This document shows positions 53,501 through 63,091 of a stretch of 64,000 nt of DNA, one piece after another; within the stretch, counting starts at the first letter, position 1, and each line of letters opens with the position of its first letter. Made by a program: the position numbers and the translations under genes. Below the pieces are notes generated by a model, which saw nothing but the letters and a program-made list of their open reading frames with translations, had not been told where the DNA came from and made no database searches. Origin of the DNA: Gammaproteobacteria bacterium (lineage in GTDB: Bacteria; Pseudomonadota; Gammaproteobacteria; Burkholderiales; Nitrosomonadaceae); the NCBI GenBank assembly GCA_015709615.1, contig CP054179.1, positions 278,785 through 342,784 of the forward strand, given 5' to 3'.

Positions 53501-54471
53501 ACGCACAAATTGAAGAAGTTTTGGAGATGGATCGCCGGACATACATCGGCGGCAGCGATGTTGCGGCTATTCTTGGCGTATCGCCGTGGAAGTCAAAATT
53601 TGCGCTGTATCAGCAAAAAATAAGTGAATGGCAGGATGAAATTACGCCACAGAAAGAACGGATTTTTGCTCGCGGCAAGCGCTGGGAACCGGTCGTAATG
53701 GAAATGCTGATCGATGAGCTGGAGGATCGCGGCCATGAGGTTCGTGTAGTGGCGCGAAACAACCGGATTAAAGACATCGATCATGATTTCATCGCGGCAG
53801 AAATCGATATGGAATTAATGGTTGATGGCGAATTGATCAACGGTGAAATGAAAACCGTACACCCGTTCGCTGCGAAAGATTGGGGAGAGCCTGGAACCGA
53901 TGAAATACCGATTTACTACACGGCACAAGTGCTACACGGGCAGATGGTGGCACGCAGGAGCAAAACCGTTGTTGCTGCGCTGATTGGTGCCGACGACCTG
54001 AGGGTTCACTTCGTCAATCGTGACGAAGAGATGATCAACATTATCCGGAACGCTGAAGTTGAGTTCTGGAACATGGTGCAAAACCGTATTTCGCCTGATC
54101 CGGTGACTATCGATGACATTAACCGGTTATACCGGATCGACTCGGGGAAAATCATTGAGGCTGATACAGAGTTGTTTACGCTATACACCGAGCTGGTGCA
54201 TGTAAATGAAGATTTGAAAGCCAATGATGCGCACGCTGAAACGCTTAAATCACGCATCAAGGCACGAATGGGTGAAGCGGCATTGTTGATGCATAACGGG
54301 CAAAAGCTGGTGTCGTGGAAAACTAACAAGGAAAGCAGCAAAACTGATTGGAAGCAAGCATTTAATTTCGCGTTCTCATCTCCAGAATTTGCACAAGGAT
54401 TAGGAAGAGATGAAGTTATAAAAAGATTCACTGACACAAAACCCGGCGCAAGACCATTTTTGTTGAAATAA
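53497..54471 (+). CDS. YqaJ-type viral recombinase exonuclease
   Basis: 324 aa. RTYIGGSDVAAILGVSPWKSKFALY and PD-(D/E)xK-like core. Precedes recT. Confidence 0.88.
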   Translation: MNAQIEEVLEMDRRTYIGGSDVAAILGVSPWKSKFALYQQKISEWQDEITPQKERIFARGKRWEPVVMEMLIDELEDRGHEVRVVARNNRIKDIDHDFIAAEIDMELMVDGELINGEMKTVHPFAAKDWGEPGTDEIPIYYTAQVLHGQMVARRSKTVVAALIGADDLRVHFVNRDEEMINIIRNAEVEFWNMVQNRISPDPVTIDDINRLYRIDSGKIIEADTELFTLYTELVHVNEDLKANDAHAETLKSRIKARMGEAALLMHNGQKLVSWKTNKESSKTDWKQAFNFAFSSPEFAQGLGRDEVIKRFTDTKPGARPFLLK

Positions 54472-54485
54472 ATTAAGGAAAAATC

Positions 54486-55439
54486 ATGAGTACAGCAGCA
54501 TTAAAAACAGCAGTTAAAGGCGAAGTTTTAGACAAACCAAAAGACATCGGTGAGTTATCGAAATTTCTGGCAGGACGCCTTGGACAAATAAAATCGGTTG
54601 TAGCAAGCAATGTAACACCTGAAAAAATGGCCCGGATTGCGCTGAACGAATTACGCAGCAATTCCTATCTGGCAAAAATAGCATTGCAGAACCCTGCAAG
54701 CTTTGTGAATGCTGTCCTGCAAGCCTCTCACCTAGGACTTGAAATTGGTGGAGCGCTTGGCCAAGCGTATCTTGTCCCATACAAGGGCGAAATAAAAATG
54801 ATGCCTGGGTATCGCGGACTTATATCGCTATCCAGAAGATCGGGAGAGATCAGCAACATCAATGCCTATGTTGTGTACGAGCATGATGAGTTTGACATGG
54901 AACTCGGGCTTGAAATCAAAGTACGCCACAAGCCAAAAATTACAGGTGCGCGCGGAGAACCAGTACTGGTTTACATGATTGCTCACTTTAAGGATGGCGG
55001 AAATCACTTTGAATGGATGACCATCGATGAGGTTATGAGCATTAAGGCGCGTAGTTCTGCGGTGAAATCTGGCGGACAAACACCGTGGGACACTGACCGC
55101 GATGAAATGATTAAAAAAACCGTAATCCGTCGCGGCTGGAAGTATCTTCCAATGTCGATTGAAATGATGAATCTTGAGAAGATCGAAGCAGCAACAGAGC
55201 AAGATAAAAACGTAATTATTGACGGAGATTCTTTCATTATCGATGGATCAACAGGCGAAATAGTTGAAACAAAACCAACCGACGAACCAAAGCAAATCAC
55301 ACACGATCAGCCAATTGTAACCGGCGAAATACCTTCGGAGGAAGAGCAGGAAGCCATTAAGCGGAAATTGATCGCCGAAGCAGAAGCAGAAAAAGCAGCG
55401 GGCGATAAAAAATCAAAGCAAAGTTTTAACGTGGAGTGA
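54486..55439 (+). CDS. recT: RecT single-strand annealing protein
   Basis: 317 aa. LQASHLGLEIGGALGQAYLVPYKGEIKMMPGYRGL typical of RecT. Confidence 0.88.
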   Translation: MSTAALKTAVKGEVLDKPKDIGELSKFLAGRLGQIKSVVASNVTPEKMARIALNELRSNSYLAKIALQNPASFVNAVLQASHLGLEIGGALGQAYLVPYKGEIKMMPGYRGLISLSRRSGEISNINAYVVYEHDEFDMELGLEIKVRHKPKITGARGEPVLVYMIAHFKDGGNHFEWMTIDEVMSIKARSSAVKSGGQTPWDTDRDEMIKKTVIRRGWKYLPMSIEMMNLEKIEAATEQDKNVIIDGDSFIIDGSTGEIVETKPTDEPKQITHDQPIVTGEIPSEEEQEAIKRKLIAEAEAEKAAGDKKSKQSFNVE

Positions 55440-55445
55440 TCTACC

Positions 55446-56198
55446 GTGAGCATGCAACAACAAAACAAACTGCTTCAATGGTTCGGAATATGCCCACCTG
55501 GATTTTCTCCTGATGTAAAATCAGTCTCGCGCAAAGGTAACTGCATCATAGAAGATCGACTGAAGCCAACACGGGATTTAAGAAAAGATATTCAGGCAAA
55601 GATAGAGAGCGGAATTGTCGGGCGCGGAATTATTTACAAAGAGCTTTTGAAAGAAGGGAAAATTCCGGTTAAAGACGGCAAGCCAATGGAAATAAAAGCA
55701 TTCGGATTGCATCTTGCAAAGGTAATTAAAAAACTGGAAGAAACGCGCAATTTTGACAAAAATTCACTTCCGTCTGGGAAAAAAGCAAAAGAAATATTGA
55801 GGCTATTTGATAGCGGAGTTTCAGAAATCGACATTATGCATGTTCACGGATTCGCGCGATGCACCACTTACGCAACCCTTGTTAAATTTGGACGAATCAA
55901 GAAAAGAAATCATGCAAACAGCATCAGAAAAGACCGGCAAAAAATGCCTAAAATAACTCAAATGCTTAAAGATGGCCGCAATATAACTGACATTTGCAAT
56001 CAGTTGGGCACATCAAGGAAATACGTTAACGATGTGATCAGGTATCGCAGAAAAGCGTTCAGATTGCTCGAAAACGAATCAGCGAAAAACGCTCTCGAGC
56101 TTTGCCAGCTTATTCCGCTAAGCAATGTATATGCTGAGTCATTGATAAGAGAATTCCTGGAGCTAAAAAATGAGCCAGCAAGTACAAGACCTGTTTGA
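55446..56198 (+). CDS. hypothetical protein with two Hin-like HTH motifs
   Basis: 250 aa. ILRLFDSGVSEIDIMHVHGFARCTTY and MLKDGRNITDICNQLGTSRKYV. Confidence 0.6.
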   Translation: MSMQQQNKLLQWFGICPPGFSPDVKSVSRKGNCIIEDRLKPTRDLRKDIQAKIESGIVGRGIIYKELLKEGKIPVKDGKPMEIKAFGLHLAKVIKKLEETRNFDKNSLPSGKKAKEILRLFDSGVSEIDIMHVHGFARCTTYATLVKFGRIKKRNHANSIRKDRQKMPKITQMLKDGRNITDICNQLGTSRKYVNDVIRYRRKAFRLLENESAKNALELCQLIPLSNVYAESLIREFLELKNEPASTRPV

Positions 56199-56370
56199 TG
56201 ATGAGGCGGAATTTCAGGAATTACTAGATACCGCAAAAAATAATGCAGCAAACGATTGGGAGGAAAATTTCATTGCACAGCAAATAGACAAATTCTCGCA
56301 GTTTGGGCGGCGGATGTATTTATCGGACTTGCAGCTTGAGCACATAAACCGCATTGCCGGTGATCAGTAA
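56170..56370 (+). CDS. hypothetical protein
   Basis: 66-aa acidic ORF. Confidence 0.55.
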   Translation: MSQQVQDLFDDEAEFQELLDTAKNNAANDWEENFIAQQIDKFSQFGRRMYLSDLQLEHINRIAGDQ

Positions 56371-56403
56371 CGATAGATTACAACTTAACAAGGACAAAGA
56401 ATC

Positions 56404-57447
56404 ATGAAAAATTTAACGATATTTAGCAATCATCCAAGTTGGATACCAGATTTTAGCTTGCTCGATAAAAATTTATCGATACCAGGAAAGCTTGGTTATT
56501 CGTGGAAAGTTTTACGTGATGGTTTGCCATACATCAGAATTGGAGAAAACATTATTTTGACGTGTGAGCTACAGAAAAAGCTGATACCGGCTCAGGTAGT
56601 AGCTGATGAAGTCAAGAAAAGATTAGCAGAATTAAAAAAAGAACAAGGTTTCAAGCCAGGTAAGAAGCAAGCGCAAGACGTAAAAGAAGCAATTCTCATC
56701 AAACTGCATGAACAAGCATTTGTGACGAGTAAGTTGATAAATGTATGGATAAACGAAAAGCACAAAACGTTATGCGTTGAATCAACTAGCAAAGGTTTGG
56801 TTGACGATGTAATTAAACGTTTGGTAAGGGATATTGAATATCACGGCAAACCAATCGAAGTTAGTAATAGTGTGATTGGTTTTATGCGCAAGATTATCTT
56901 AGATGATCATGCGATGGCAGGATCAATACTCAGAATCGGAAGCAATCTTGTGTTGCAAGATGATGAGAACAAAAAGCAGATTAGCTATAAAAATGAAGAT
57001 ATTGTGACTGAAGAAATAAAAAATCATTTATTCCAAGGGAAAACTCCAAAAAGAATAGAACTTGAAATAATGAGGAAATGCGTTTCTTTTGAAATTGATG
57101 AGAACCTTATCATCAGCAAAATCAATATTGATGACGTAAAAATCGAAAGATCAGATTATGAAAATGAAGATGATTATTTTGATTCGTTATTTGCGATGCA
57201 TTCGGCTCAATGCATGGAAATAATCACATCGCTTTTGGATGTTTTGGGTGAAGTTGATCAATTCCAAGAAGCAGAAACAACCGAAGAGGAAATGCAGCAA
57301 TCGTATGAAGATGGTTACTTAGCAGCGGCGCAAGGCAAGCAGAAAAGTGATTGCCCTATCATCCGCTCGGAATTGGTTGCTGAATGGGTGCGCGGCTTTG
57401 ATACGTGGCATGAAGAAAACCAAGCCACACAGGAAGAGGTTGCTTAA
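56404..57447 (+). CDS. rdgC: RdgC-like recombination-associated protein
   Basis: 347 aa, collinear with E. coli RdgC in the central region (KKLIPAQVV...RLAELKKEQGFKPGKKQ...). Confidence 0.75.
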   Translation: MKNLTIFSNHPSWIPDFSLLDKNLSIPGKLGYSWKVLRDGLPYIRIGENIILTCELQKKLIPAQVVADEVKKRLAELKKEQGFKPGKKQAQDVKEAILIKLHEQAFVTSKLINVWINEKHKTLCVESTSKGLVDDVIKRLVRDIEYHGKPIEVSNSVIGFMRKIILDDHAMAGSILRIGSNLVLQDDENKKQISYKNEDIVTEEIKNHLFQGKTPKRIELEIMRKCVSFEIDENLIISKINIDDVKIERSDYENEDDYFDSLFAMHSAQCMEIITSLLDVLGEVDQFQEAETTEEEMQQSYEDGYLAAAQGKQKSDCPIIRSELVAEWVRGFDTWHEENQATQEEVA

Positions 57448-57449
57448 TC

Positions 57450-59189
57450 ATGAAAATCAACAAAATATCATCATTCGGAAATGTGGCAGTGCGCAATGCT
57501 GAGATTAACCTACGCGCACCGATCGCACTGATCTGCGGCAGCAACCGGGCCGGGAAAACCAGCCTAAGAAACGGCATTATCCACGCTCTTACCGGCAAAA
57601 CGGATACGGTATCGCTCAAGAAAGACTGGCCGCTGCTGATCAATAAGCATGACAATAATTTGATCGGCTACACACTGGTAAATTTCGACGACGACAAAAC
57701 CGCTTGCATCAATCTGCACAACGGCGTTCATGAGCTAAAAACACCGCTGCATTCCGCCTTGCCATACGTGCTTAATCCGTCGCTGTTCGGCAGCATCACA
57801 CCGGATGAGCGGCGCAGTCTTCTGTTCGATCTAGGAAACCTGCGCAGCGACGGATCGGAAGTAAAGCAAAAGCTTCTTGATCGCGGTTGCGATCCGGCCA
57901 AGGTTGATCAGGTGTTGCCATTCCTGAAATCAAGCTTCGACAGCGCGGCAAAGCATGCGGAAGAAAACGTAAAGCAAGCGCGCGCTAATTGGAAAGCTGT
58001 CACCGGGGAGATTTACGGCGACAAAAAGGCGGAAGGATGGAAAGCACCGCAGCCACCAGCTATTGATAATGTCTCGAAAGAAGAAGTCTCCGATTACTTG
58101 TTAAAAATAGACGCTGAACTGGACGCTGCAAATCAAGAGCTGGGGAAACTGCAAGCACAATTCAACGGTGCGGCAGCCCGCAACGCTGAAATTGTAAGAC
58201 TGCGTACCGAGCACGAAAAATTTGACCGGATCAGAACCAAGCTGGACAAAGACCGGCAGGAAGTGGCTATGTGGATGGTCAAAGTTGATGACACGCGCTT
58301 GATAGCCAATGGATCAAAACCAGGTGCAATTTCTTGCTCATGCCCATCTTGCGGAACTGAGCTCGTATTTGATGGTGAAAAACTGATCGAGCGCGGCGGC
58401 GATTTGCATGGTGATGAAGATGCTGCCATGAACTTGAAAACGTATGAAGCAACTCTCGAATTGCTCAAAAAATCTGTGGCAAGCGGTGAGCGCGATCTTG
58501 TAACCGCGACTGCAGCCGGTGAAAGAATTGCGGTAATGGAAGCCGAGAACAAATCCGCTCCAGATGAACAGGCATTGGTAGCGCTTAAAGCCAATATAGA
58601 AGTAATGAAAACATCGCGCAAAGATGCTAAAACAAAGCTGGATGAAATAGAAAGAAATGTGAGACTGGCCAGCGAAGCTGAAGCAAAAACAAAAAAAGCG
58701 GCAGAGCACCATGTCAGCTTGCAGGAATGGGACAAAATAGCCTCAGCACTGGCGCCGAATGGGATCCCAAGTGAAATGCTTAGTGCATCACTTGATCCAA
58801 TAAACAAAAGGATTACAGAAAGCGTAAAAAGACTCGGATTTTACGGTGATGTTTTCATCACTCCTGATATGACGATTTTGGAGGATGATTGCAAGCTGTA
58901 CTCGCTGAGTTCAAAAGCTACGCGCTTGCTGATCGATTCAATGATTGCCGAGGCAATTAGCCATGTATCAGGGATCAAGTTCTTTATGGTCGACGAATTT
59001 GACCTGCTGGACATGCAAAGCCGCAGCAATTACCTGAATTGGCTGATTGAGCTGGCAGAGAAAAATGAAATAGACACGGCGATCATCTTCGGCACGCTGA
59101 AGCAACCTCCAAAACTTCCGCCGCAATTCTCGGTGCATTGGTTGCAGGATGGGGTTATTGCCGGTCATGTTGCTGAGGTGGCGGCATGA
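57450..59189 (+). CDS. SMC/SbcC-like AAA ATPase
   Basis: 579 aa. Walker A GSNRAGKTS, a long central coiled-coil with a CxxC (CSCPSCG) hook-like motif, C-terminal Walker B-like FFMVDEFDLLD. Confidence 0.75.
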   Translation: MKINKISSFGNVAVRNAEINLRAPIALICGSNRAGKTSLRNGIIHALTGKTDTVSLKKDWPLLINKHDNNLIGYTLVNFDDDKTACINLHNGVHELKTPLHSALPYVLNPSLFGSITPDERRSLLFDLGNLRSDGSEVKQKLLDRGCDPAKVDQVLPFLKSSFDSAAKHAEENVKQARANWKAVTGEIYGDKKAEGWKAPQPPAIDNVSKEEVSDYLLKIDAELDAANQELGKLQAQFNGAAARNAEIVRLRTEHEKFDRIRTKLDKDRQEVAMWMVKVDDTRLIANGSKPGAISCSCPSCGTELVFDGEKLIERGGDLHGDEDAAMNLKTYEATLELLKKSVASGERDLVTATAAGERIAVMEAENKSAPDEQALVALKANIEVMKTSRKDAKTKLDEIERNVRLASEAEAKTKKAAEHHVSLQEWDKIASALAPNGIPSEMLSASLDPINKRITESVKRLGFYGDVFITPDMTILEDDCKLYSLSSKATRLLIDSMIAEAISHVSGIKFFMVDEFDLLDMQSRSNYLNWLIELAEKNEIDTAIIFGTLKQPPKLPPQFSVHWLQDGVIAGHVAEVAA

Positions 59190-59392
59190 GAAAAGTAAAT
59201 GCACGCGACTGGAAAACCGGTGAATTAATCCATGAAAACGTTACTTTTCATCAGTTCGGCCTTGAACTTGTAGAGTACGACACAGGTGGCCAAAGCTGCA
59301 GCGTAGCAATTCTTGAATTGCACGATGGGACTGTTACCACATGGTCACCCAATCATATTCAATTCATCGAACCTGCGTCGAGCGAATCATGA
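59186..59392 (+). CDS. hypothetical protein
   Basis: 68-aa ORF, ATGA-coupled on both sides. Confidence 0.6.
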   Translation: MRKVNARDWKTGELIHENVTFHQFGLELVEYDTGGQSCSVAILELHDGTVTTWSPNHIQFIEPASSES

Positions 59393-60066
59393 GCACACCA
59401 AAAGAACGCTCAATTCTGTTTTCTCAGCCGATGGTACTGGCTATTCTGGATGACAGAAAAACCCATACTCGCCGGATCGTTAGAAACCAGCCAGTAATTG
59501 ATGAGAATGGTTACATTCGTGACAGCTATTGGCTTAATAAACCTTTTGATGGCCTGTTGCTACCAAAAATAGATGATCTCGTCATGTACTGCCCGTACGG
59601 CAAACCAGGTGACAGGCTTTGGGTGAGGGAGACATTTCAGCCATTGTTTGCCGAAGGCATTGAATATCATTCCGAAACAAACTTTAAAACCGGGGACGGA
59701 TACAAAATAAGTTATCCGGCGACAGATGGAATCCTGGAATTTGTCGACCCAGACGACAACATAAGTACCGCATGCATGCCATCAATCCATATGCCGCGCT
59801 GGGCAAGCCGTATCTCGCTCGAAATAACCGGTATCCGTGTTGAGCGGTTGCAGGATATTAGTGAAGATGATGCAAAATCTGAAGGCAGTTATGTTTGCGA
59901 TTACCACGGAAGAATTATGCTTGATCAGCGCAGCAATCAGGGCTGCTACAAATGGGGCTATCGATCGTTATGGGAATCAATCAACGGCAAAGGATCGTGG
60001 GATCTGAATCCTTTTGTTTGGGTGGTTGAGTTTAAAAGGATTAAGTCTGATCGGGAGGCGGTATGA
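59389..60066 (+). CDS. ASCH-like domain protein
   Basis: ILFSQPMVLAILDDRKTHTRR N-terminal motif. Start at the ATG at 59389, overlapping the upstream stop. Confidence 0.6.
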   Translation: MSTPKERSILFSQPMVLAILDDRKTHTRRIVRNQPVIDENGYIRDSYWLNKPFDGLLLPKIDDLVMYCPYGKPGDRLWVRETFQPLFAEGIEYHSETNFKTGDGYKISYPATDGILEFVDPDDNISTACMPSIHMPRWASRISLEITGIRVERLQDISEDDAKSEGSYVCDYHGRIMLDQRSNQGCYKWGYRSLWESINGKGSWDLNPFVWVVEFKRIKSDREAV

Positions 60067-60475
60067 ACAACGGTCCTATAATTTACGTAGCGTCACGAGC
60101 CAGCATTCCAGAACGTCCGGCTATGTGGCGCGCACTTCGCGCTCAAGGATTAAGAATTTCTTCGTCATGGATTGACGAAGCAGAGGAAGGTCAAACTGAT
60201 GACTTCGCCGATTTGTGGCATCGAATAGAATCTGAAATACGCAGCAGCAACGGGCTTATCCTATACGCCGAAAAAAATGATTTCCCGCTCAAGGGAGCAT
60301 TGATCGAAGCTGGAATGGCGATAGGCATGGGAAAACCAGTAGCCGTAGTTCTGCCGGGAGAGCCTTTCTTTGAACCACCTACTTACCGCCCAATTGGATC
60401 ATATGGTTGCATCATGATAGATGCGAGATATTTTGGACTATAGAGCAGGCCATCGCGTGGATCTCTAAACAATGA
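60063..60475 (+). pseudogene. nucleoside 2-deoxyribosyltransferase-like protein with apparent frameshift near 60402
   Basis: The annotated frame ends RPIGSYGCIMIDARYFGL*. The other frame gives WLHHDRCEIFWTIEQAIAWISKQ* and ends in ATGA coupling with the next gene. Confidence 0.5.
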
Positions 60476-60933
60476 TCAAAGAAACCATATTTTCACCCTG
60501 CCGCAATTACCGGTACACGCTTTACCGGGAATGGGCTCCGGGCGACAAGGTTGTGATGTTCGTGGGCTTAAACCCATCAACGGCCGACGAGGTGCAAAAC
60601 GATCCTACCGTAAGGCGGTGCATCAACTACGCAAAAGGATGGGGATACGACGGCATGTACATGGCCAACATATTCGCGTTTCGAGCCACCGATCCGGCTG
60701 TAATGAAAGCGCATCATGAGCCGGTTGGAAGGGAAAATGATCATTACCTTCAGCAAATGGCGCAGAGCTCCAGCGTGATCGTGGCAGCCTGGGGTACTCA
60801 CGGCGCCCACCTTGGGCGTGGCGATGAAGTAAAGAAATTAATCCGTGGTCTGCATTGCTTGAGATTGACTAAAGACGGGCATCCTGGGCACCCGCTTTAT
60901 TTGCCGAAAAATTTGATGCCGGTTAAGTTTTAA
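60472..60933 (+). CDS. DUF1643 domain protein
   Basis: 153 aa. FVGLNPSTADEVQNDPTVRRC...NIFAFRATDP...AAWG...GHPLY pattern. Confidence 0.75.
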   Translation: MIKETIFSPCRNYRYTLYREWAPGDKVVMFVGLNPSTADEVQNDPTVRRCINYAKGWGYDGMYMANIFAFRATDPAVMKAHHEPVGRENDHYLQQMAQSSSVIVAAWGTHGAHLGRGDEVKKLIRGLHCLRLTKDGHPGHPLYLPKNLMPVKF

Positions 60934-61116
60934 ATGATCTGCTACCGAGACAGGCGATTTTGCAGCCAACAATGCGCCAATCGTGAATGCTCTCGCAATT
61001 TCAACGATGACGTGCTGGCTCGCGCAAAAGCGTGGTGGTGCGGCGACAATCCACCGATAGATTTTGCTGATTTAAAAACTGATGATTGTGGGTTTGTGGA
61101 GGTGGAACATGGATGA
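60934..61116 (+). CDS. small Cys-rich protein
   Basis: 60-aa ORF with C..C..C spacing. Confidence 0.5.
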   Translation: MICYRDRRFCSQQCANRECSRNFNDDVLARAKAWWCGDNPPIDFADLKTDDCGFVEVEHG

Positions 61117-61360
61117 AATTGCAGAAATGATGCTTGACGGCTCTTTGTGCAAAGAATGCGGTGCTGTTATTGGCGACGGCAATGGCGAAGGATTCGCGGT
61201 CACTTGCAGTAATTGCTTAAAAGGTAATGGCAATCCAGAAGCCAAGCAAAGAAGTAAAAAACCGAAATCAAAAATGAAACGGTATCCATGCAAGATATGC
61301 GGAAAATCATTCGCCGTAATGTCTCAGCACTTGCATCACGCACACGGGATTAAATCATGA
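61109..61360 (+). CDS. zinc-finger protein
   Basis: MDEIAEMMLDGSLCKECG...CSNC...CKICGKSF...HLHHAH, i.e. CxxC pairs plus a C2H2-like finger. Confidence 0.6.
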   Translation: MDEIAEMMLDGSLCKECGAVIGDGNGEGFAVTCSNCLKGNGNPEAKQRSKKPKSKMKRYPCKICGKSFAVMSQHLHHAHGIKS

Positions 61361-61590
61361 ATAAATTGCATGTGCTGCCGAATGGTAACGGAATTAATAT
61401 AAGCCTTGTTACTGGCGTAATTTATGAGCCATCATCCGATTTGGTGTTAGGTTGTCGTTCAAAAGCCGCCGTGAGAATTGAATATGGTGATTCTGTAACC
61501 TATGTGATATTTGATGCGGACGCGGAAGCAATTAAATTCCGCGATGAGTTAATTGCGCTGGTTAATAGCCAACGGGAGCAAGAAAAGTGA
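61357..61590 (+). CDS. hypothetical protein
   Basis: 77-aa ORF with a 4-nt overlap with its neighbours. Confidence 0.6.
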   Translation: MNKLHVLPNGNGINISLVTGVIYEPSSDLVLGCRSKAAVRIEYGDSVTYVIFDADAEAIKFRDELIALVNSQREQEK

Positions 61591-62009
61591 CCACATTAGA
61601 TAGCACCACTGAAAGATGGGTAGATAGTTTAGGTAAAGGAAAACTTATTCTTTGCTGGGTGTGGAACTATGAAGATCAGAAACAGTATCAATTTACAGAT
61701 CTAATAAAATGTTACAGAAAAGACTCAAATTATCATTATATTCCACTGAACGGAGTGGGATGGATTCATGCAAGACCTATAAAACTAGAAGAAATTAAGC
61801 CATGCTTACTAGAATTTCCCATAGAAATACAGACTATAGTTCCAGGTCAAATATTTAAGCATCCAAATTTCGGCCTGGTTAAATTTAAAAGATTGGATTA
61901 TTACCACGGTGAATGTACTGCGGAATTGGAAGGAATTGAATTCCATAGAACTTACTACCAGAAAATTGAGTTAATGATGGAACTTGGTTTTACTATTATG
62001 GATAAATAA
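61587..62009 (+). CDS. hypothetical protein (AT-rich island)
   Basis: 140-aa ORF. Confidence 0.6.
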   Translation: MTTLDSTTERWVDSLGKGKLILCWVWNYEDQKQYQFTDLIKCYRKDSNYHYIPLNGVGWIHARPIKLEEIKPCLLEFPIEIQTIVPGQIFKHPNFGLVKFKRLDYYHGECTAELEGIEFHRTYYQKIELMMELGFTIMDK

Positions 62010-62010
62010 G

Positions 62011-62439
62011 ATGAACAGGGTAAAGCGAGATTACTGCTCAAAAAACCATCATCCACGATGGAAGGCATGGACAGCAAAGTACGAATCAACCTTGAATGCA
62101 AGACTCATCGGCTATTTATGCGATTTCTGTGGGCAGAAAATTAACGATACAGTGGCGTATGGTGTTACAAATAACAATTTTATTCACCTTGGCTGGATAC
62201 GCATCGTAAGCAATAGGAAAGTTGGCTATCAAGAGCACGAAGCTGCACAAAAAAGGTATCTAAAATATCTTGAAAGACGGCACGCACTGATTAGGAATCT
62301 AAGGATAAAAGGAAATCATTATGCATCAAGAACAAGTTTCACTCCACACGGACCACTTAAAATAGAACAAACACAACCTCCATCTTTATATGACAAATCA
62401 ACCCATTTATATCACCAAGCAATGAGATTAGGGGATTAG
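62011..62439 (+). CDS. hypothetical protein (AT-rich island)
   Basis: 142 aa from the ATG at 62011. Confidence 0.6.
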   Translation: MNRVKRDYCSKNHHPRWKAWTAKYESTLNARLIGYLCDFCGQKINDTVAYGVTNNNFIHLGWIRIVSNRKVGYQEHEAAQKRYLKYLERRHALIRNLRIKGNHYASRTSFTPHGPLKIEQTQPPSLYDKSTHLYHQAMRLGD

Positions 62440-62441
62440 AA

Positions 62442-62861
62442 ATGAACCAAACAGAAATCGGAGAGGTAATAAAAAAAGCAATCATATTCTTACGGCTTAA
62501 AAATGCCATTCAATGGCTATCTTCACTATTTGACCAAGAATTAAATGAAGAAAATAATGACATTAAATTATATGTTGGTATGTGCGGGTCGAAATATGAG
62601 TGCAGCTACCGCGGATACGAGAGACTTCAGGTAAAGTTTCGGCTTTATGGGGATGTATATAAAAACATAGAGGATATAATCTTCTCTCCATTAATTGGCA
62701 GCCCGTTAAAAATTGAATATTTTATTTTATCTAGAAATAAATTAGGCGCTATAGTGTTCTGCGTACCCATCTCACCTTACGAGAACATCTCACTTTGCAA
62801 TGGCGATAATGTTGCTGTAAGACCAGGATCATTATCTTTTAATAGAAAATTTTTGAATTAA
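62442..62861 (+). CDS. hypothetical protein (AT-rich island)
   Basis: 139-aa ORF. Local GC is about 32 percent in the stretch I counted. Confidence 0.6.
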   Translation: MNQTEIGEVIKKAIIFLRLKNAIQWLSSLFDQELNEENNDIKLYVGMCGSKYECSYRGYERLQVKFRLYGDVYKNIEDIIFSPLIGSPLKIEYFILSRNKLGAIVFCVPISPYENISLCNGDNVAVRPGSLSFNRKFLN

Positions 62862-62876
62862 CGTATTCATTAAATA

Positions 62877-63086
62877 ATGGTTGAAACAGCAATGAGCGAG
62901 ATCATTAAAAAAACAGATCTGTTAACTACAGACGAAGCCGCTGAAATGGTTGGTGTAAAGCCTGGAACACTGGTTAATTGGCGCTGCACCAAGAAGGAAA
63001 ACATTCCTTACGTTAAAATCGGCAGCAAGGTTTTTTACAGAGAAAAAGATATTCTTGATTATATTGATCAGCAGCGGGTTGCTTAA
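62877..63086 (+). CDS. xis: excisionase/AlpA-type HTH protein
   Basis: 69 aa. LTTDEAAEMVGVKPGTLVNWRC...IPYVKIGSKVFYREKDILDYI. Confidence 0.75.
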   Translation: MVETAMSEIIKKTDLLTTDEAAEMVGVKPGTLVNWRCTKKENIPYVKIGSKVFYREKDILDYIDQQRVA

Positions 63087-63091
63087 TCATT

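Noticed and set aside
58133-58807. 224-aa and 124-aa minus-strand ORFs opposite the SMC-like ATPase gene, and similarly 54006-54437 and 54828-55202 opposite exo and recT.
   Set aside because: These are Ser/Leu/Phe-rich shadow ORFs of coiled-coil-coding sequence, and there is no context for minus-strand expression in this plus-strand operon.
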